DNA of 64,000 nt from an archaeon (GCA_018671515.1 JABHHN010000080.1:21695-85694), one strand, 5' to 3'; shown: positions 50,481-61,881, numbered from the stretch's first letter. Numbers and translations: made by a program. Notes: generated by a model from the sequence alone, not told the origin.

Positions 50481-53400
50481 TAGAAAAATATTTTGAGGAA
50501 ATTGAAAAAAACGTAAGAAAAGAATATGACTTCTGTCAAAAAGCAAGAAAAAAAGGTTATGATCCAGAAGAAAAAGTTGATATACCAATTGCAAAAGGAA
50601 TTTCTGAAAGAGTTGAAGGTTTGATAAGTGCAGTATATCCAGATATTTTAGGAAGCGGAGTTGCAAATAGAATTAAAGCTCTTGAAAAAAAATACGGTAT
50701 GCTTGATTGGAGAGTATCATTAACAATAGCAGAAGAAGTTGCAAAACAAAAATTTTGCAAATTTAAAACAAAAAAAGAAGCTATGGAGACAGCAATAAGA
50801 GTTGGACTTGCATATACAACATTAGGTGTTATTTCAGCACCATTAGAAGGATTTATTGAATTAAAAATAAGAAAAAGAAAAGATGGCAAGGAATATTTGG
50901 CTGCATGTTTTGCTGGTCCAATTAGAGCGGCAGGCGGAACGGCGGCAGCAGTGTCTTTGTTAATTACAGATTATGTCAGAATAAAAATGGGATACTCTCC
51001 TTTTGATCCTTCTGAGAATGAAATAAGAAGATATGCTATGGAAATAAGAGATTATCATGAGAGAGCAACAAATTTACAATATTTTCCCTCAGAGGAAGAA
51101 TTAGAATTTTTAGTAAAAAATTTACCAATTCAAATTGATGGGGATCCAACAGAACAAATAGAAGTATCAAATTATAAAGATCTTGAAAGAATAGAGACTA
51201 ACAGAATTAGGGGAGGAATGTGTCTTGTCTTGGCAGAGGGTCTTGCACAGAAAGCAAAAAAATTAGCTAAAAAATTAAATAAATGGAGTAAAGAGATGGA
51301 ATTAGATTGGGATTTCATTAATGAATTTTTGAAGATACAAAAAAAAATAAAATCAAAAGGAGAGACAAAAAAAGAATCAAAGGAACAAAAATTATCACCT
51401 AATTATACATATATTTCGGATTTAGTTGCAGGAAGGCCTGTGTTTTCTTTACCACTTAAAACCGGAGGATTTAGGTTAAGATATGGTAGGACAAGAACGA
51501 CAGGTCTTGCGTGCGCAGCAATTCATCCAGCATCAATGCACATATTAAATGATTACATTGCAACAGGAACACAACTAAAAGTAGAAAGACCGGGAAAGGC
51601 CGCAGCAATTGTCCCTTGTGATGATATAGATGGGCCTATAGTTTTATTGATAGACGGCACAGTAAAAAAATTAGACACACCAAAAGAAGCGAAAGAAGTA
51701 AAAAACAAAATAAAAAATATATTATACCTTGGAGATATATTATTTAATTATGGTGATTTTTATGAAAACAATCATAAGATAGTTCCAGCAGGATATTGTC
51801 AGGAATGGTGGATTCAAGAATTTGAAAATTCAATCATAAATTATTTTGGAAGTTTAGACTTAGAAAAAGCATCTAAATTTTTAAGAATAAATCAAGAAAA
51901 ATTAGAACAAATTTTTTCTAAACCAACAAAAACAAAAATATCATTTAGATTAGCACATAAAATTTCAACTATATTTAATATTCCTCTACATTCAGATTAT
52001 ACTTATTATTGGAAAAATTCACAAGTGAGTGATTTAAAAAAATTATTTTTAGAAATAAAAAATTCTAAGATTACTAAAGATGAAAAAGAAAAAGTAGTTA
52101 AGATAATAATAAAAGAAAAAGAAGAATTAAAATCTATTTTAGAAAAGATTGGACTTCCTCATCTTTTCATAAATAAAGAATTTATAGTAATTGAAAAACC
52201 GCATTCAGAATTATTTTTTAATTTGATAAATAATAAGAATAATTTAGAAATAAATGAATCTGAAAATCAACTTGATTATGTTTCAAGATTATTAAATATT
52301 AAAATAAGAGATAAATCAGGAACTTTTATTGGCACAAGAATGGGGAGACCAGAAAAGGCAAAACAAAGAAAGCTTTTAGGAAGCCCACATGTTATCTTTC
52401 CAGTTGGTGAAGAAGGGGGAAGAATGAGAAGTTTTCAATCTGCATTAGAAGCAAAAAGTATAACCGCAGAGTTTGCACATTTCTTTTGTAAAAAATGCAA
52501 TAAAGAGACTATATTTTCAATATGTGAAAATTGTGAATCAAAAACAGAAATATTTTCTAAAAAGGGAACAGGATATTATAATTCAGAATCGACATTCGCA
52601 AGAAAAAAAATAGATATAAACCATTATTTTTCAAAATCATTGAAAAAAATAGGTACAACAATATATCCTGATTTAATTAAAGGAGTTAAAGAGACATCAA
52701 ATAAAGAGCATATTCCTGAGAATTTAGTAAAAGGAATATTAAGGGCTAAAAATAATATATATGTGAATAAAGACGGAACAACAAGATATGATATGATTGA
52801 ACTTCCAATAACACATTTTATGCCAAAGGAAATCAGAACGTCTGTAGAAAAATTAAAAGAGCTTGGGTATGAAACAGATATTCATGGAAGAGAATTAATT
52901 GATAATGCACAAATGATTGAATTATTTCCACAAGATCTTATACTTCCAAATTGTAATGATTCGCCAGATGAGAAATGTGAAAATGTTTTGTTTAATGTTG
53001 GGAACTTTATTGACGATGTTTTAGAAAAATTATATGATAAAGAAAAATATTATAATTTTAAGTCACCAAAAGATGTTATTGGACAATTAGTAATAGGTCT
53101 TGCACCACACACCTCTGCAGGAATAGTAGGTAGGATTATAGGATTTTCAAAAACACAAGGTATGTTTACACATCCATTATATCATGCAGCAATGAGAAGG
53201 AACTGTGATGGTGATGAGGCATGTGTATTATTATTGATGGATGGATTATTAAATTTTTCAAGATCTTATCTTCCAGATAGAAGAGGTTCAAGAACAATGG
53301 ATGCACCGTTAGTATTAACATATAAATTGGTTCCCGCAGAAGTTGATTCAGAAGTACATGCAATTGATATGTTGTGGAGATATCCATTAGAATTTTATGA

Positions 53401-53956
53401 AGCAGGAGAGGAATTCAAAAATATATGGGATGTAGATATATTAAAAGTAGAAGATGTATTACAAACAGAAAGGCAATATCAAAAATATACATTTACACAT
53501 AGTGTAACAGATATGAATTTTGGTGTTACATGCTCATCATATAAAACACTTCCCAGTATGAAAGATAAATTAATGGGCCAGATGGATTTAGCAGAAAAAA
53601 TTGTTGCAGTAGATTCATCAATGGTTGCATCTTTAGTTATTACAAAACATTTTCTAAAAGATATAAAAGGGAATTTAAGGAAATATTCAATGCAGAAATT
53701 TAGATGTGTCGCATGTAATGAAAAATATAGAAGGCCTCCTTTGATTGGTAAGTGTACTGTATGTGGAGGAAAAGTTATTTTTACAATATCTCATGGTTCT
53801 GTTATAAAATATTTAGAACCAAGTATTTCTTTAGCAACTAAATATAATGTTTCAACTTATTTAAAACAGACTTTAGAAATTTTAGATAAGACAGTATTGT
53901 CTGCATTAGGTCAAGAAAAAGAGAGACAAGAAGGATTAGGTCAATGGTTTGGATAA
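50477..53956 (+). CDS. polC: DNA polymerase D large subunit DP2, no intein evident
   Basis: GPIRAAGGT, GGFRLRYGR, RNCDGDE, Zn fingers, C-terminal PIP-like QEGLGQWF. Confidence 0.97.
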   Translation: MIEKYFEEIEKNVRKEYDFCQKARKKGYDPEEKVDIPIAKGISERVEGLISAVYPDILGSGVANRIKALEKKYGMLDWRVSLTIAEEVAKQKFCKFKTKKEAMETAIRVGLAYTTLGVISAPLEGFIELKIRKRKDGKEYLAACFAGPIRAAGGTAAAVSLLITDYVRIKMGYSPFDPSENEIRRYAMEIRDYHERATNLQYFPSEEELEFLVKNLPIQIDGDPTEQIEVSNYKDLERIETNRIRGGMCLVLAEGLAQKAKKLAKKLNKWSKEMELDWDFINEFLKIQKKIKSKGETKKESKEQKLSPNYTYISDLVAGRPVFSLPLKTGGFRLRYGRTRTTGLACAAIHPASMHILNDYIATGTQLKVERPGKAAAIVPCDDIDGPIVLLIDGTVKKLDTPKEAKEVKNKIKNILYLGDILFNYGDFYENNHKIVPAGYCQEWWIQEFENSIINYFGSLDLEKASKFLRINQEKLEQIFSKPTKTKISFRLAHKISTIFNIPLHSDYTYYWKNSQVSDLKKLFLEIKNSKITKDEKEKVVKIIIKEKEELKSILEKIGLPHLFINKEFIVIEKPHSELFFNLINNKNNLEINESENQLDYVSRLLNIKIRDKSGTFIGTRMGRPEKAKQRKLLGSPHVIFPVGEEGGRMRSFQSALEAKSITAEFAHFFCKKCNKETIFSICENCESKTEIFSKKGTGYYNSESTFARKKIDINHYFSKSLKKIGTTIYPDLIKGVKETSNKEHIPENLVKGILRAKNNIYVNKDGTTRYDMIELPITHFMPKEIRTSVEKLKELGYETDIHGRELIDNAQMIELFPQDLILPNCNDSPDEKCENVLFNVGNFIDDVLEKLYDKEKYYNFKSPKDVIGQLVIGLAPHTSAGIVGRIIGFSKTQGMFTHPLYHAAMRRNCDGDEACVLLLMDGLLNFSRSYLPDRRGSRTMDAPLVLTYKLVPAEVDSEVHAIDMLWRYPLEFYEAGEEFKNIWDVDILKVEDVLQTERQYQKYTFTHSVTDMNFGVTCSSYKTLPSMKDKLMGQMDLAEKIVAVDSSMVASLVITKHFLKDIKGNLRKYSMQKFRCVACNEKYRRPPLIGKCTVCGGKVIFTISHGSVIKYLEPSISLATKYNVSTYLKQTLEILDKTVLSALGQEKERQEGLGQWFG

Positions 53957-53967
53957 TTTAATTAAAG

Positions 53968-54375
53968 TTATTTTATTGTAATAACAGGATATTTTGCACC
54001 ACACGCAGTGCATTTAAAGAAAGAAATTCTATTTTCTTTTGTTATTTTTGAATCTGGTTTTCCACAGTCTTTGCAAATTACATATGTATCTGCATATTTT
54101 TTTATTTTTTCATTTATCCTTATTGATGATACTTTACTACCCATGATTAAAAGATTATTTTTCATATCTCCAGGTGTTGCTAGCTCTCTTAAAATATATT
54201 TAAGGACAATATCAATATCTCTTCTTAATGTATCACATATTTGAGTAAAATTAGAAATTATAGTTTTGTTTCCTTGGACATGGCCCATAACTTTTGGAAT
54301 GTTAAATCTCTCAGATTCTTTTACTGATTCAGGTAAATTTTCATATCCTCGTGCTAATAGCTTATCATAATCCAT
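53968..54375 (-). CDS. Translation initiation factor aIF2 beta
   Basis: GNKTII.NF, RELATPG, CKDCGKPD...CTACGA. Confidence 0.93.
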   Translation of the reverse strand: MDYDKLLARGYENLPESVKESERFNIPKVMGHVQGNKTIISNFTQICDTLRRDIDIVLKYILRELATPGDMKNNLLIMGSKVSSIRINEKIKKYADTYVICKDCGKPDSKITKENRISFFKCTACGAKYPVITIK

Positions 54376-54464
54376 TGAGCTTGGAAAAAGAGGATTATAT
54401 ATAAAATTAATTGATGAAATAATTTTCAGAAAGTTTTAAATAGAGACAAACCAAATTATCATCT

Positions 54465-55337
54465 ATGGTTCTAGAATCTCTGATTAATTCTATAAAAGCA
54501 GAAGAACATCCAGGAAAGATGTTCTTTTATGGATTTGTTTATTTTTCTATTGCAGTGGTTTTAAGCATGTGGATATTTCCAGATCAATCATCTTTACTAG
54601 CAGTATTTTTTACAACTATTGCCGCAGTTCCATTGATGTATAACACAATAAGATTTGAAGAAAAAAAAGATTTATCAGATATGGGTGAAGGACAGTTACT
54701 TAAAGAGCATAAAAAAGCAATTTCTTTGTATTTATTTATGTTTTTAGGTATTGTAATTGCAACTGCAATTTGGTTTATTTTTTTACCTGAAAATATTATA
54801 TATTCTTTATTTAAAGTTCAATCCCAAACAATCACGGAAATAAATTCAAACGTAGAAGGAAATGTATTTAAATCTTTTTCCACAATGTTTCCAGTATTTA
54901 CAAAAATTTTATCAAATAATCTTAAAGTATTGATATTTTGTATTTTATTTTCTTTTTTATATGGTGTAGGTGCACTTTTTATATTGACTTGGAATGCATC
55001 AGTTATTGGAGTAGCCATAGGATCATCGATAAAAACAGCAATTTCAAAATTAGTATCTTCAACAGGAACAGTTACAGCAATAAAATATTTTGAAGTTTAT
55101 TCAATTGGATTTTTAAAGTATTCTATTCATGGTATTCCTGAAATTTTATCATATCTTGTTGCAGCTCTTGCAGGAGGAATAATATCTGTTGCAGTAATTA
55201 AACATGATTTAGGCTCAGACAAATTTGAAAAAATAATACTTGATTCATCTACATTAATACTTATTAGTTTAATTTTTGTATTAGTTGCAGCATTTTTAGA
55301 AGTGTATGTGACACCATATGTTTTTTATGGGGCTTAA
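54465..55337 (+). CDS. SpoIIM/DUF95-like membrane protein
   Basis: I..NN, N, HGIPE, AAFLE motifs. Confidence 0.8.
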   Translation: MVLESLINSIKAEEHPGKMFFYGFVYFSIAVVLSMWIFPDQSSLLAVFFTTIAAVPLMYNTIRFEEKKDLSDMGEGQLLKEHKKAISLYLFMFLGIVIATAIWFIFLPENIIYSLFKVQSQTITEINSNVEGNVFKSFSTMFPVFTKILSNNLKVLIFCILFSFLYGVGALFILTWNASVIGVAIGSSIKTAISKLVSSTGTVTAIKYFEVYSIGFLKYSIHGIPEILSYLVAALAGGIISVAVIKHDLGSDKFEKIILDSSTLILISLIFVLVAAFLEVYVTPYVFYGA

Positions 55338-55993
55338 TCCAATACTTTTATTTTTCCAGGACTTATTTGAAATAATTCTCCTTCATTTATTAGATTTGAA
55401 ATAAATTTTTCACAACCATTTATATTGGATTTTGAAATAATTTCTTCCATTTCTGCACCTTTTCCTTGATCAAGTTCCATTATTATTTTAATGATTTTTT
55501 GAGCAGGTGTTTTTGTGAAATCTTCTTTTTTCCCTTCAAATATTTCTTTTTTTTCTTCTTGAATTTGTTCTACTATTTCTTTTTTTATATCAATAGAGAT
55601 TTCTTTTTTTTTAATAGGAAAGTCAAAATCAACTTCTTTTTTCCATACTAAAAACCAATCTTTATTTTTAACTTTTTTAATTATTTCTGGAACAATATAT
55701 TTCTCATCATTCCACATTCTTGGTTTTCCTATAAGAAGTATTACATCGCCAATATCAATACTTGATTTTTTCTTTTCTTCAAAGAATCTTGCTTCAATAT
55801 TTCCGCTTCCATCATCTATGATAATTCTAGTATCATCAATATAAATTAAGAGACCAATAATATTTATTCTTGTTATTCTTTTTTCATTATGTAGTATATA
55901 ACTTGGTTCCCAACCTTCTTTTTTTACATATTCACCTATTAGAAGATCTTTTATCTTTACTTTATATGCAATTTGTCTTTTAAGATTCTGCAT
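55334..55993 (-). CDS. RPA2-like OB-fold plus winged-helix protein
   Basis: RQIAYKVKI, RINIIG, IDDGSG, GELFQISPG. Confidence 0.75.
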   Translation of the reverse strand: MQNLKRQIAYKVKIKDLLIGEYVKKEGWEPSYILHNEKRITRINIIGLLIYIDDTRIIIDDGSGNIEARFFEEKKKSSIDIGDVILLIGKPRMWNDEKYIVPEIIKKVKNKDWFLVWKKEVDFDFPIKKKEISIDIKKEIVEQIQEEKKEIFEGKKEDFTKTPAQKIIKIIMELDQGKGAEMEEIISKSNINGCEKFISNLINEGELFQISPGKIKVLD

Positions 55994-55994
55994 T

Positions 55995-58019
55995 TTACTT
56001 TATCCTAGAAATTTGTCCTCTTTTAGGTTCAAATATATCACCAGATCTTTTTAATTTTTCAATAACTTCAATAACTCCATCTTCAGAGACTTTTTTCTCT
56101 GATGCTGCAATTAATATATTTTCAAGTGGAATCATATCACCAAATTCTTTTTCAAGAGTTCTTAGTATTTCTTTTATTGTACTAATATGACTTCTTTCTG
56201 AAGCAGTTACACCACTTACAATTCTATCAATATCTACTTTTCCTGTTTCTGGATCAAGACCAATTTGACGCAGACAGTAATCTAAAAGACCAATTGCTCT
56301 TTGAGAATCTTCTTTTGTTACTATTTTTGAAAGTCTTATTTTAGCAGAAGCTTCAGATAATCTTACTAAAGCTTCAAGTTGTCTTGGAGAAATTGGTATA
56401 CTCTGAACTACACCATCTTCTGACATTCCAGATGTTCTCATTTTAACATAATAATCTTTTATTGCAAGAAGTGCATCTTCAGATAATATAGGTTTTGAAG
56501 TTTGTCTTGCATAAGCAAAATATTTTCTTAATGTTTCTGTTTCAAGATCTGCCTTTTCCTCATCAGTGTTTTGATGTAATTTTAATACAAAACCTGCTAA
56601 TTTATCATCTATTTCTTTATTCGGTAAGTCTTTTATAGAAAATATTAAATCAAATCTATTAATTAAAGTACTAGGAAGTTCAATTTGTTTTGCAACAGTT
56701 TCATAAGGGTCAAATCTTCCGAATTTTGGATTTGCAGCAGCAAGAACACTTGTTTCCGATCTTAGGGTTGCTTGAATGTTTGCTTTTGAAATTGTAACAG
56801 TTTGCTGTTCTAGAGCTTCATGCATTGCACTTCTGTCTTCTTTTGACATTTTATCAAACTCATCAAGACAAGCAAGACCTTTATTTGCTAAAACCAAAAG
56901 ACCGGCTTCAAGAGCCCATCCACGAATAAATTCATCTTTTACAACAGTTGCAGTAAGTCCTGCACCACTTGCTCCTTTTCCACTTACAAATCTAGATTTT
57001 GGTGCAACGATAGATGCTCTTTTTAATAACTGCGATTTACCTGCACCAGGATCACCTACAAGCAAAACATGGATATCTCCTCTTGTTATACTACCACTTT
57101 CTCTTACTTTTCTAACTCCTCCAAATAATTGCAAAACAAGAGCTTCTTTTATTTTATCATGTCCAAAAATATTTGGTGCAAATGAATTGATAAGTTTTTG
57201 ATATATTTTTTTATCTTTAGAAAGTTCCATTATTTCTTCTTTCTCTTCGTCTGATATGTTTATTTGAGTAAAGTCTTCTTCTACTGGCTGCGCAAAATTA
57301 GCTTCAACCATTAAATCATATCTAGTTAATTTTCCACCATCTTTAGCAGGGATAGGAACTTCTTTTAATATACCATTTATAATTATTTTACTTCCTGGAT
57401 TTGTAGTTCTTTCTGATATTGGAGACACTAAATCATTTTTTAAAAATACATTAAGTCTTTTTGGTTGGTCGCTTCCTTCCAATTCTTCTGGTGCTTCTTC
57501 AAGAACTATTTTTTGTGCATCGACAAGTTCTTTACTTACAAGTCTGAACTTTCCTTTTCTTCCACATCCACATCTTGATGGTTCTTTGAATTTTTCATCT
57601 AATTGGAGTACAGTAAGTATGTTTCCACAACTTGGACATTCAAATCTTGCGCTTGTTACAAGAGGCCTGACATCACTTTTTTGTCTAACAATACCCATTA
57701 TAGAAATAAATTTTCCAATATGATTGCTTCTTACATTTCTAATAAGAATTTTTTGGCTTTCGGGCATCTCAGATACTCGTAATTTAAAACCTTTTATTTC
57801 ACCAAATGATTCGAAATTTTCAACAGCTATTTCTCCTGCACGTAATGTATCATCAGGAGATTCAAGAAGTTCTTCTGAAAGAGCAGGGTCAAATTTAGAA
57901 AGTTCTGAAAAAGATATTACAAAATGCCGTTGTCCTCCACGAATAGCAGTAGCTATTTCGTCTAGATAGGCTTTTTCTAGAAATTCCTGAAAACTCTTAA
58001 TCATTAATGCTGCTTCCAT
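55995..58019 (-). CDS. mcm: MCM replicative helicase
   Basis: Zn finger, GDPGAGKS, LDEFDKM, AANP, NRFD, RQLE. Confidence 0.97.
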   Translation of the reverse strand: MEAALMIKSFQEFLEKAYLDEIATAIRGGQRHFVISFSELSKFDPALSEELLESPDDTLRAGEIAVENFESFGEIKGFKLRVSEMPESQKILIRNVRSNHIGKFISIMGIVRQKSDVRPLVTSARFECPSCGNILTVLQLDEKFKEPSRCGCGRKGKFRLVSKELVDAQKIVLEEAPEELEGSDQPKRLNVFLKNDLVSPISERTTNPGSKIIINGILKEVPIPAKDGGKLTRYDLMVEANFAQPVEEDFTQINISDEEKEEIMELSKDKKIYQKLINSFAPNIFGHDKIKEALVLQLFGGVRKVRESGSITRGDIHVLLVGDPGAGKSQLLKRASIVAPKSRFVSGKGASGAGLTATVVKDEFIRGWALEAGLLVLANKGLACLDEFDKMSKEDRSAMHEALEQQTVTISKANIQATLRSETSVLAAANPKFGRFDPYETVAKQIELPSTLINRFDLIFSIKDLPNKEIDDKLAGFVLKLHQNTDEEKADLETETLRKYFAYARQTSKPILSEDALLAIKDYYVKMRTSGMSEDGVVQSIPISPRQLEALVRLSEASAKIRLSKIVTKEDSQRAIGLLDYCLRQIGLDPETGKVDIDRIVSGVTASERSHISTIKEILRTLEKEFGDMIPLENILIAASEKKVSEDGVIEVIEKLKRSGDIFEPKRGQISRIK

Positions 58020-58088
58020 TTTTTAGATAGGGTTTTTTATATGGTATTATTTAACATGATAGGTAAAATAAAATAAAATAAAATAAAA

Positions 58089-58688
58089 TTATTTCATTAC
58101 TTTTTTAAGGTTCTCGATTAACATATCAAGAGCAGAGTATACTTCATTTTCACTCTTTGTTCCTGTGCACACAATCTTTCCATTACTAAATAATAAGAAT
58201 GTTGCTTTTGCTTCATCAAGTTTGTAAACAAGTCCTGGGAATTGTTCAGGTTCATATTCTGTATTTTCTAATTTCATTGCTAGAACATTTAAATTAAGAG
58301 GAAAACCTACACTTCCAGACGCGACAATATTTTGTATGTTTATGATTGGTTTGATTGTTATTGTAATTCCAATTTTTTTTAGGCTTGCAATTATTTTTAC
58401 AATGGATTCTTCTACTTTTTGAATGGTTCTTGCACCGGTACATACTACTTTTCCAGAACTAAATATCAAAGCAGATGTTTTAGGTTCTTTTATTCTTATT
58501 ACAAGTCCCGGGAACTGTTCAGGATTATATTCTGTGTTGCTTAATGTAGCAGCCATTTTTTCTAATGGTATATCATGTTCAAGGCTTGTAGAAACAACAA
58601 TGTTAACAACTCTAATATTTTTTTCTGATTGTTCAACATCTTTTCCTGATTTTTTAACTTCTTTTTCTGATTTTTTACTATCTTTCAT
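58089..58688 (-). CDS. tbp: TATA-binding protein
   Basis: Two repeats NIV..., EY.PEQFPGL, FS.GK.VCTG. Confidence 0.97.
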   Translation of the reverse strand: MKDSKKSEKEVKKSGKDVEQSEKNIRVVNIVVSTSLEHDIPLEKMAATLSNTEYNPEQFPGLVIRIKEPKTSALIFSSGKVVCTGARTIQKVEESIVKIIASLKKIGITITIKPIINIQNIVASGSVGFPLNLNVLAMKLENTEYEPEQFPGLVYKLDEAKATFLLFSNGKIVCTGTKSENEVYSALDMLIENLKKVMK

Positions 58689-58852
58689 AAAAATTACACC
58701 CCCTGTGCGAAAATCTATTTATAAATGGATATACGACTTATTTATAAATACTTTTGTTTTCCTAAAAAGTAATTTTCAGACGAACAGTATTTAAATAAAA
58801 ATCTGGAAAATATAAATATTAATTATAGTGATAAAATATTATAAAAAATACA

Positions 58853-59047
58853 ATGAAAATTCATATAGATAAAACAAACGAAGAAGTAGAAAAGAAGTTT
58901 GAAGGTACAGTAAAAAGGCTTCTTGAAACACTGAACATAAACTCTGAAGAAGTTTTAGTAATTAGAGACGATACTTTGATAACTGAAGATGTAGAATTAT
59001 CTGATAATGATACTATAAATATTTTAAGTGTTGTTAGTGGTGGATAA
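58853..59047 (+). CDS. Ubiquitin-like sulfur carrier (ThiS/MoaD/SAMP)
   Basis: 64 aa ending VVSGG. Confidence 0.9.
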   Translation: MKIHIDKTNEEVEKKFEGTVKRLLETLNINSEEVLVIRDDTLITEDVELSDNDTINILSVVSGG

Positions 59048-59049
59048 TT

Positions 59050-59958
59050 TTGGAATGTGTAAAATGTGATAAAAAAGCGATATTTTTAGAACCAACTTTT
59101 TGTAAAGATCATTTTATAAAATATTTTGAAGATAAAGTACTTAATACAATAAAAAAATATGATTTAATAGATAAAGATGATAAGATTGTAGTTGCAGTTT
59201 CTGGAGGAAAAGATTCACTAGTTCTTTTATATATTTTAAATAATAATTTTGAAAATGTTGAAGCTCTTTGTATTGATGAAGGGATACAAGGATATCGAGA
59301 TAAGACAATAAAAATACTAAAAGATTTCTGTAGTAAACACAATGTTAATTTAAATATTAAAAAATTTCAAAAAGAATTTGGAAAACCACTTGATATAATT
59401 CTTAAAGAAAATAAAATAAAACCTTGTACAGTATGTGGGGTTTTTAGAAGAAAACTGATGAATAAATATTCTAAAGAATATGATGTTATAGCTACAGGGC
59501 ATAATAGAGATGATATTTCACAAGCAATATTGATGGATCTTTTAAAATATAATCTCTCATTATTATCAAGACTTAGTCCAGTTAGCGGAACAAAAACAAG
59601 AAAAGGATTCACAAAAAAGATAAAACCATTATATTTTATTTCAGAAAAAGAAGTTATGGCTTATTCAATCATATTAGGAATAAGAACAGGTTTTGAAGAA
59701 TGTCCAAATGTAGAAGATGCTTATAGGCTTAAAGTAAGGGATGAATTAAATAGATATGAGATAAAACATTTAGGAACAAAAAAGAATATAGTTGATTGGT
59801 ATATTAAAAATCATATAGATATAAAAGAAAAAATAAAAAATTCAGAATTAGTATTGAGGAGTTGCAATAGGTGTGGCGAACCAACATCAAGAGAAATATG
59901 TAATTCATGTACAATGGAACAAAAAATATTATCAAAAGATACACTAAAGGTATTATGA
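59050..59958 (+). CDS. ncsA: tRNA 2-thiolation protein (NcsA/TtuA)
   Basis: CxxC Zn fingers, SGGKDS PP-loop, CTVC, GHN; TTG start. Confidence 0.9.
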   Translation: MECVKCDKKAIFLEPTFCKDHFIKYFEDKVLNTIKKYDLIDKDDKIVVAVSGGKDSLVLLYILNNNFENVEALCIDEGIQGYRDKTIKILKDFCSKHNVNLNIKKFQKEFGKPLDIILKENKIKPCTVCGVFRRKLMNKYSKEYDVIATGHNRDDISQAILMDLLKYNLSLLSRLSPVSGTKTRKGFTKKIKPLYFISEKEVMAYSIILGIRTGFEECPNVEDAYRLKVRDELNRYEIKHLGTKKNIVDWYIKNHIDIKEKIKNSELVLRSCNRCGEPTSREICNSCTMEQKILSKDTLKVL

Positions 59959-60572
59959 TGGAATCAATAGAAATCTGCTATCCTAAAAATAATGAAGGTG
60001 AATTCATTGAGATTGCAAAAAAATTAGGAATAAAAAATCTAATAATGATATATTCTGATTATCAGACTCTTCTTAAAAATAAAAACAAAAATATAAAAAA
60101 TAAATTAAAGTTATTTTATGGATTAGAATCAAGTAAGACGATAAAAAATAGAATTGATATAGGGATAAATATAATCATCTCTCCTTCATGCACGAGAGGA
60201 GATATAGAAAATAAATTTATTAATCTTCATTATAATTTTGAAAATATTTTAGGAAAAGATAAGATTCATTTTAGAAGATCAGGAATCAATCAGGTGATTG
60301 CAAATATACTTCTTCAAAAAAATAAAATTGTTGGGGTTTCCGTGCAGAATCTTTTGGACTTATCAAAGCAAAAAAAATTAGGAAGAATAAAACAAAATTT
60401 TAAGATATTAAGAAAATATAATGTTCCAATATATATGTCTTCTTTTGCGAATAAGCGATATAATCTAAGATCTTTATCTTGTATAAATTCACTTGGAAAA
60501 ACATTGGGTCTAACAGATCAACAAATAATAAAAGGTAATGAAAAATTAATTAGTATATTAAAAAACAAATGA
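59955..60572 (+). CDS. RNase P subunit Rpp30-like protein
   Basis: SGINQV.A, KYNVP...SSFA...LRS; ATGA overlap with ncsA. Confidence 0.65.
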   Translation: MMESIEICYPKNNEGEFIEIAKKLGIKNLIMIYSDYQTLLKNKNKNIKNKLKLFYGLESSKTIKNRIDIGINIIISPSCTRGDIENKFINLHYNFENILGKDKIHFRRSGINQVIANILLQKNKIVGVSVQNLLDLSKQKKLGRIKQNFKILRKYNVPIYMSSFANKRYNLRSLSCINSLGKTLGLTDQQIIKGNEKLISILKNK

Positions 60573-60713
60573 AATTTGTAATTATTTTATTATTTGTTGA
60601 TTATTAGGGATGCAAATAATTAAAAAAACTTTTTGTGATGAGTATATAATTTTTAAAAAATATTGATTGTTCTACGAAACTTTTTTAAACATCCCGCTTA
60701 TTTATTTTATTAT

Positions 60714-61880
60714 ATGGGTAGTATCGAAACAGGCGTGGATAGATTGGTGAATTTTATTACAGAATTCAAAAAAATATCTATTCAAGATGCAGCAAAAAAA
60801 TTAGGCGTAGGAACAGTAGTTGTTCAGGAATGGGCAGATTTTTTAGATGAAGAAAAAGTTATAAGTATAGAATATAAATTTTCAAAGACAATACTTATGG
60901 AAAGAGAGCTTTCCAAAAAAGAGATAAAACAAAAAACAGTAGAATTTGATTCTAATAAAGATGCATTTATCAGAAAAGTAGAGACAAGTATGAAGACATT
61001 AGATACTGAAACTATTGGGCTTGAAAAAATTAAAAAAGAATTTGATAAGCTTAAAAGAGAAATAGGTGAAGAAATAAGTAGTGTAAAAAAAGAAGTAGAA
61101 GAGCTTGAAAGATATGAAGGCCTAAAAAAAAATCTTGATACAGATATAAAAAAACAACAAGACGAGTTTAAACAAATGATAAATAGTGCTCATATTGATA
61201 TAAAAAATTCTGAAAAAAGTTATAATTCATTATTAGAAAAAATAGGTTTGGAAAAAAGAGATTTAGCAATAAAAGAAAGTAAACTTTCAAAATTAGACGA
61301 AAAGGAACATCATATTCTTGAGCAAGAAGAAGAATTAAAACAGAGAATAAAAGCAATTTATGAATTAGCAGAGACAGTAAAGGAAAAAGTTGAAGATGAA
61401 GGTAAAGAAATACAAATTGAAGAAGGTCATATTAAAAAATTAGAAAAGATAGCTCAAGAGTTAGAAAATGAAGTAGATTCAAAAAAGAAAAAATTAATTC
61501 CTTTAGTAGATCTTGCTAAAGAGCATGAAAAAAAGATTATAAAAATACAAGAAGATATTTACTCAAAAGTATTAAAAAAATCTTCCCAAATAAAAGCACA
61601 AGTCCATGAAAGCGAAACAGTAATTTCGAAATTTAATAAATTTTTCGATAGAAAAAGTGATGTCGAAGAATTATTATCTAAGATTGAGAAAGATAGAGAA
61701 GATTTGAAAAAAGAATTAGAGATTTTGACAAAAAAAGCAATAGCTTTTGAAGTCTTGAAAAAATCTTCAAATATCAAAGACCATATTAAGACTTTACAGA
61801 AAGAATTTTCAAAAATTGATAAAAAGAGAAACATATTTAAAAAGGAAATAGATAAATTAGTATCATTAGTTAAAGGATAG
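60714..61880 (+). CDS. Winged-helix plus long coiled-coil protein
   Basis: ETGVDRL...AAKKLG...EWA..L N-terminus, then heptads; start set at first ATG. Confidence 0.6.
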   Translation: MGSIETGVDRLVNFITEFKKISIQDAAKKLGVGTVVVQEWADFLDEEKVISIEYKFSKTILMERELSKKEIKQKTVEFDSNKDAFIRKVETSMKTLDTETIGLEKIKKEFDKLKREIGEEISSVKKEVEELERYEGLKKNLDTDIKKQQDEFKQMINSAHIDIKNSEKSYNSLLEKIGLEKRDLAIKESKLSKLDEKEHHILEQEEELKQRIKAIYELAETVKEKVEDEGKEIQIEEGHIKKLEKIAQELENEVDSKKKKLIPLVDLAKEHEKKIIKIQEDIYSKVLKKSSQIKAQVHESETVISKFNKFFDRKSDVEELLSKIEKDREDLKKELEILTKKAIAFEVLKKSSNIKDHIKTLQKEFSKIDKKRNIFKKEIDKLVSLVKG

Positions 61881-61881
61881 A

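Noticed and set aside
50477..58019. Inteins in DP2 or MCM
   Set aside because: Lengths are normal and the usual insertion-site motifs are uninterrupted.
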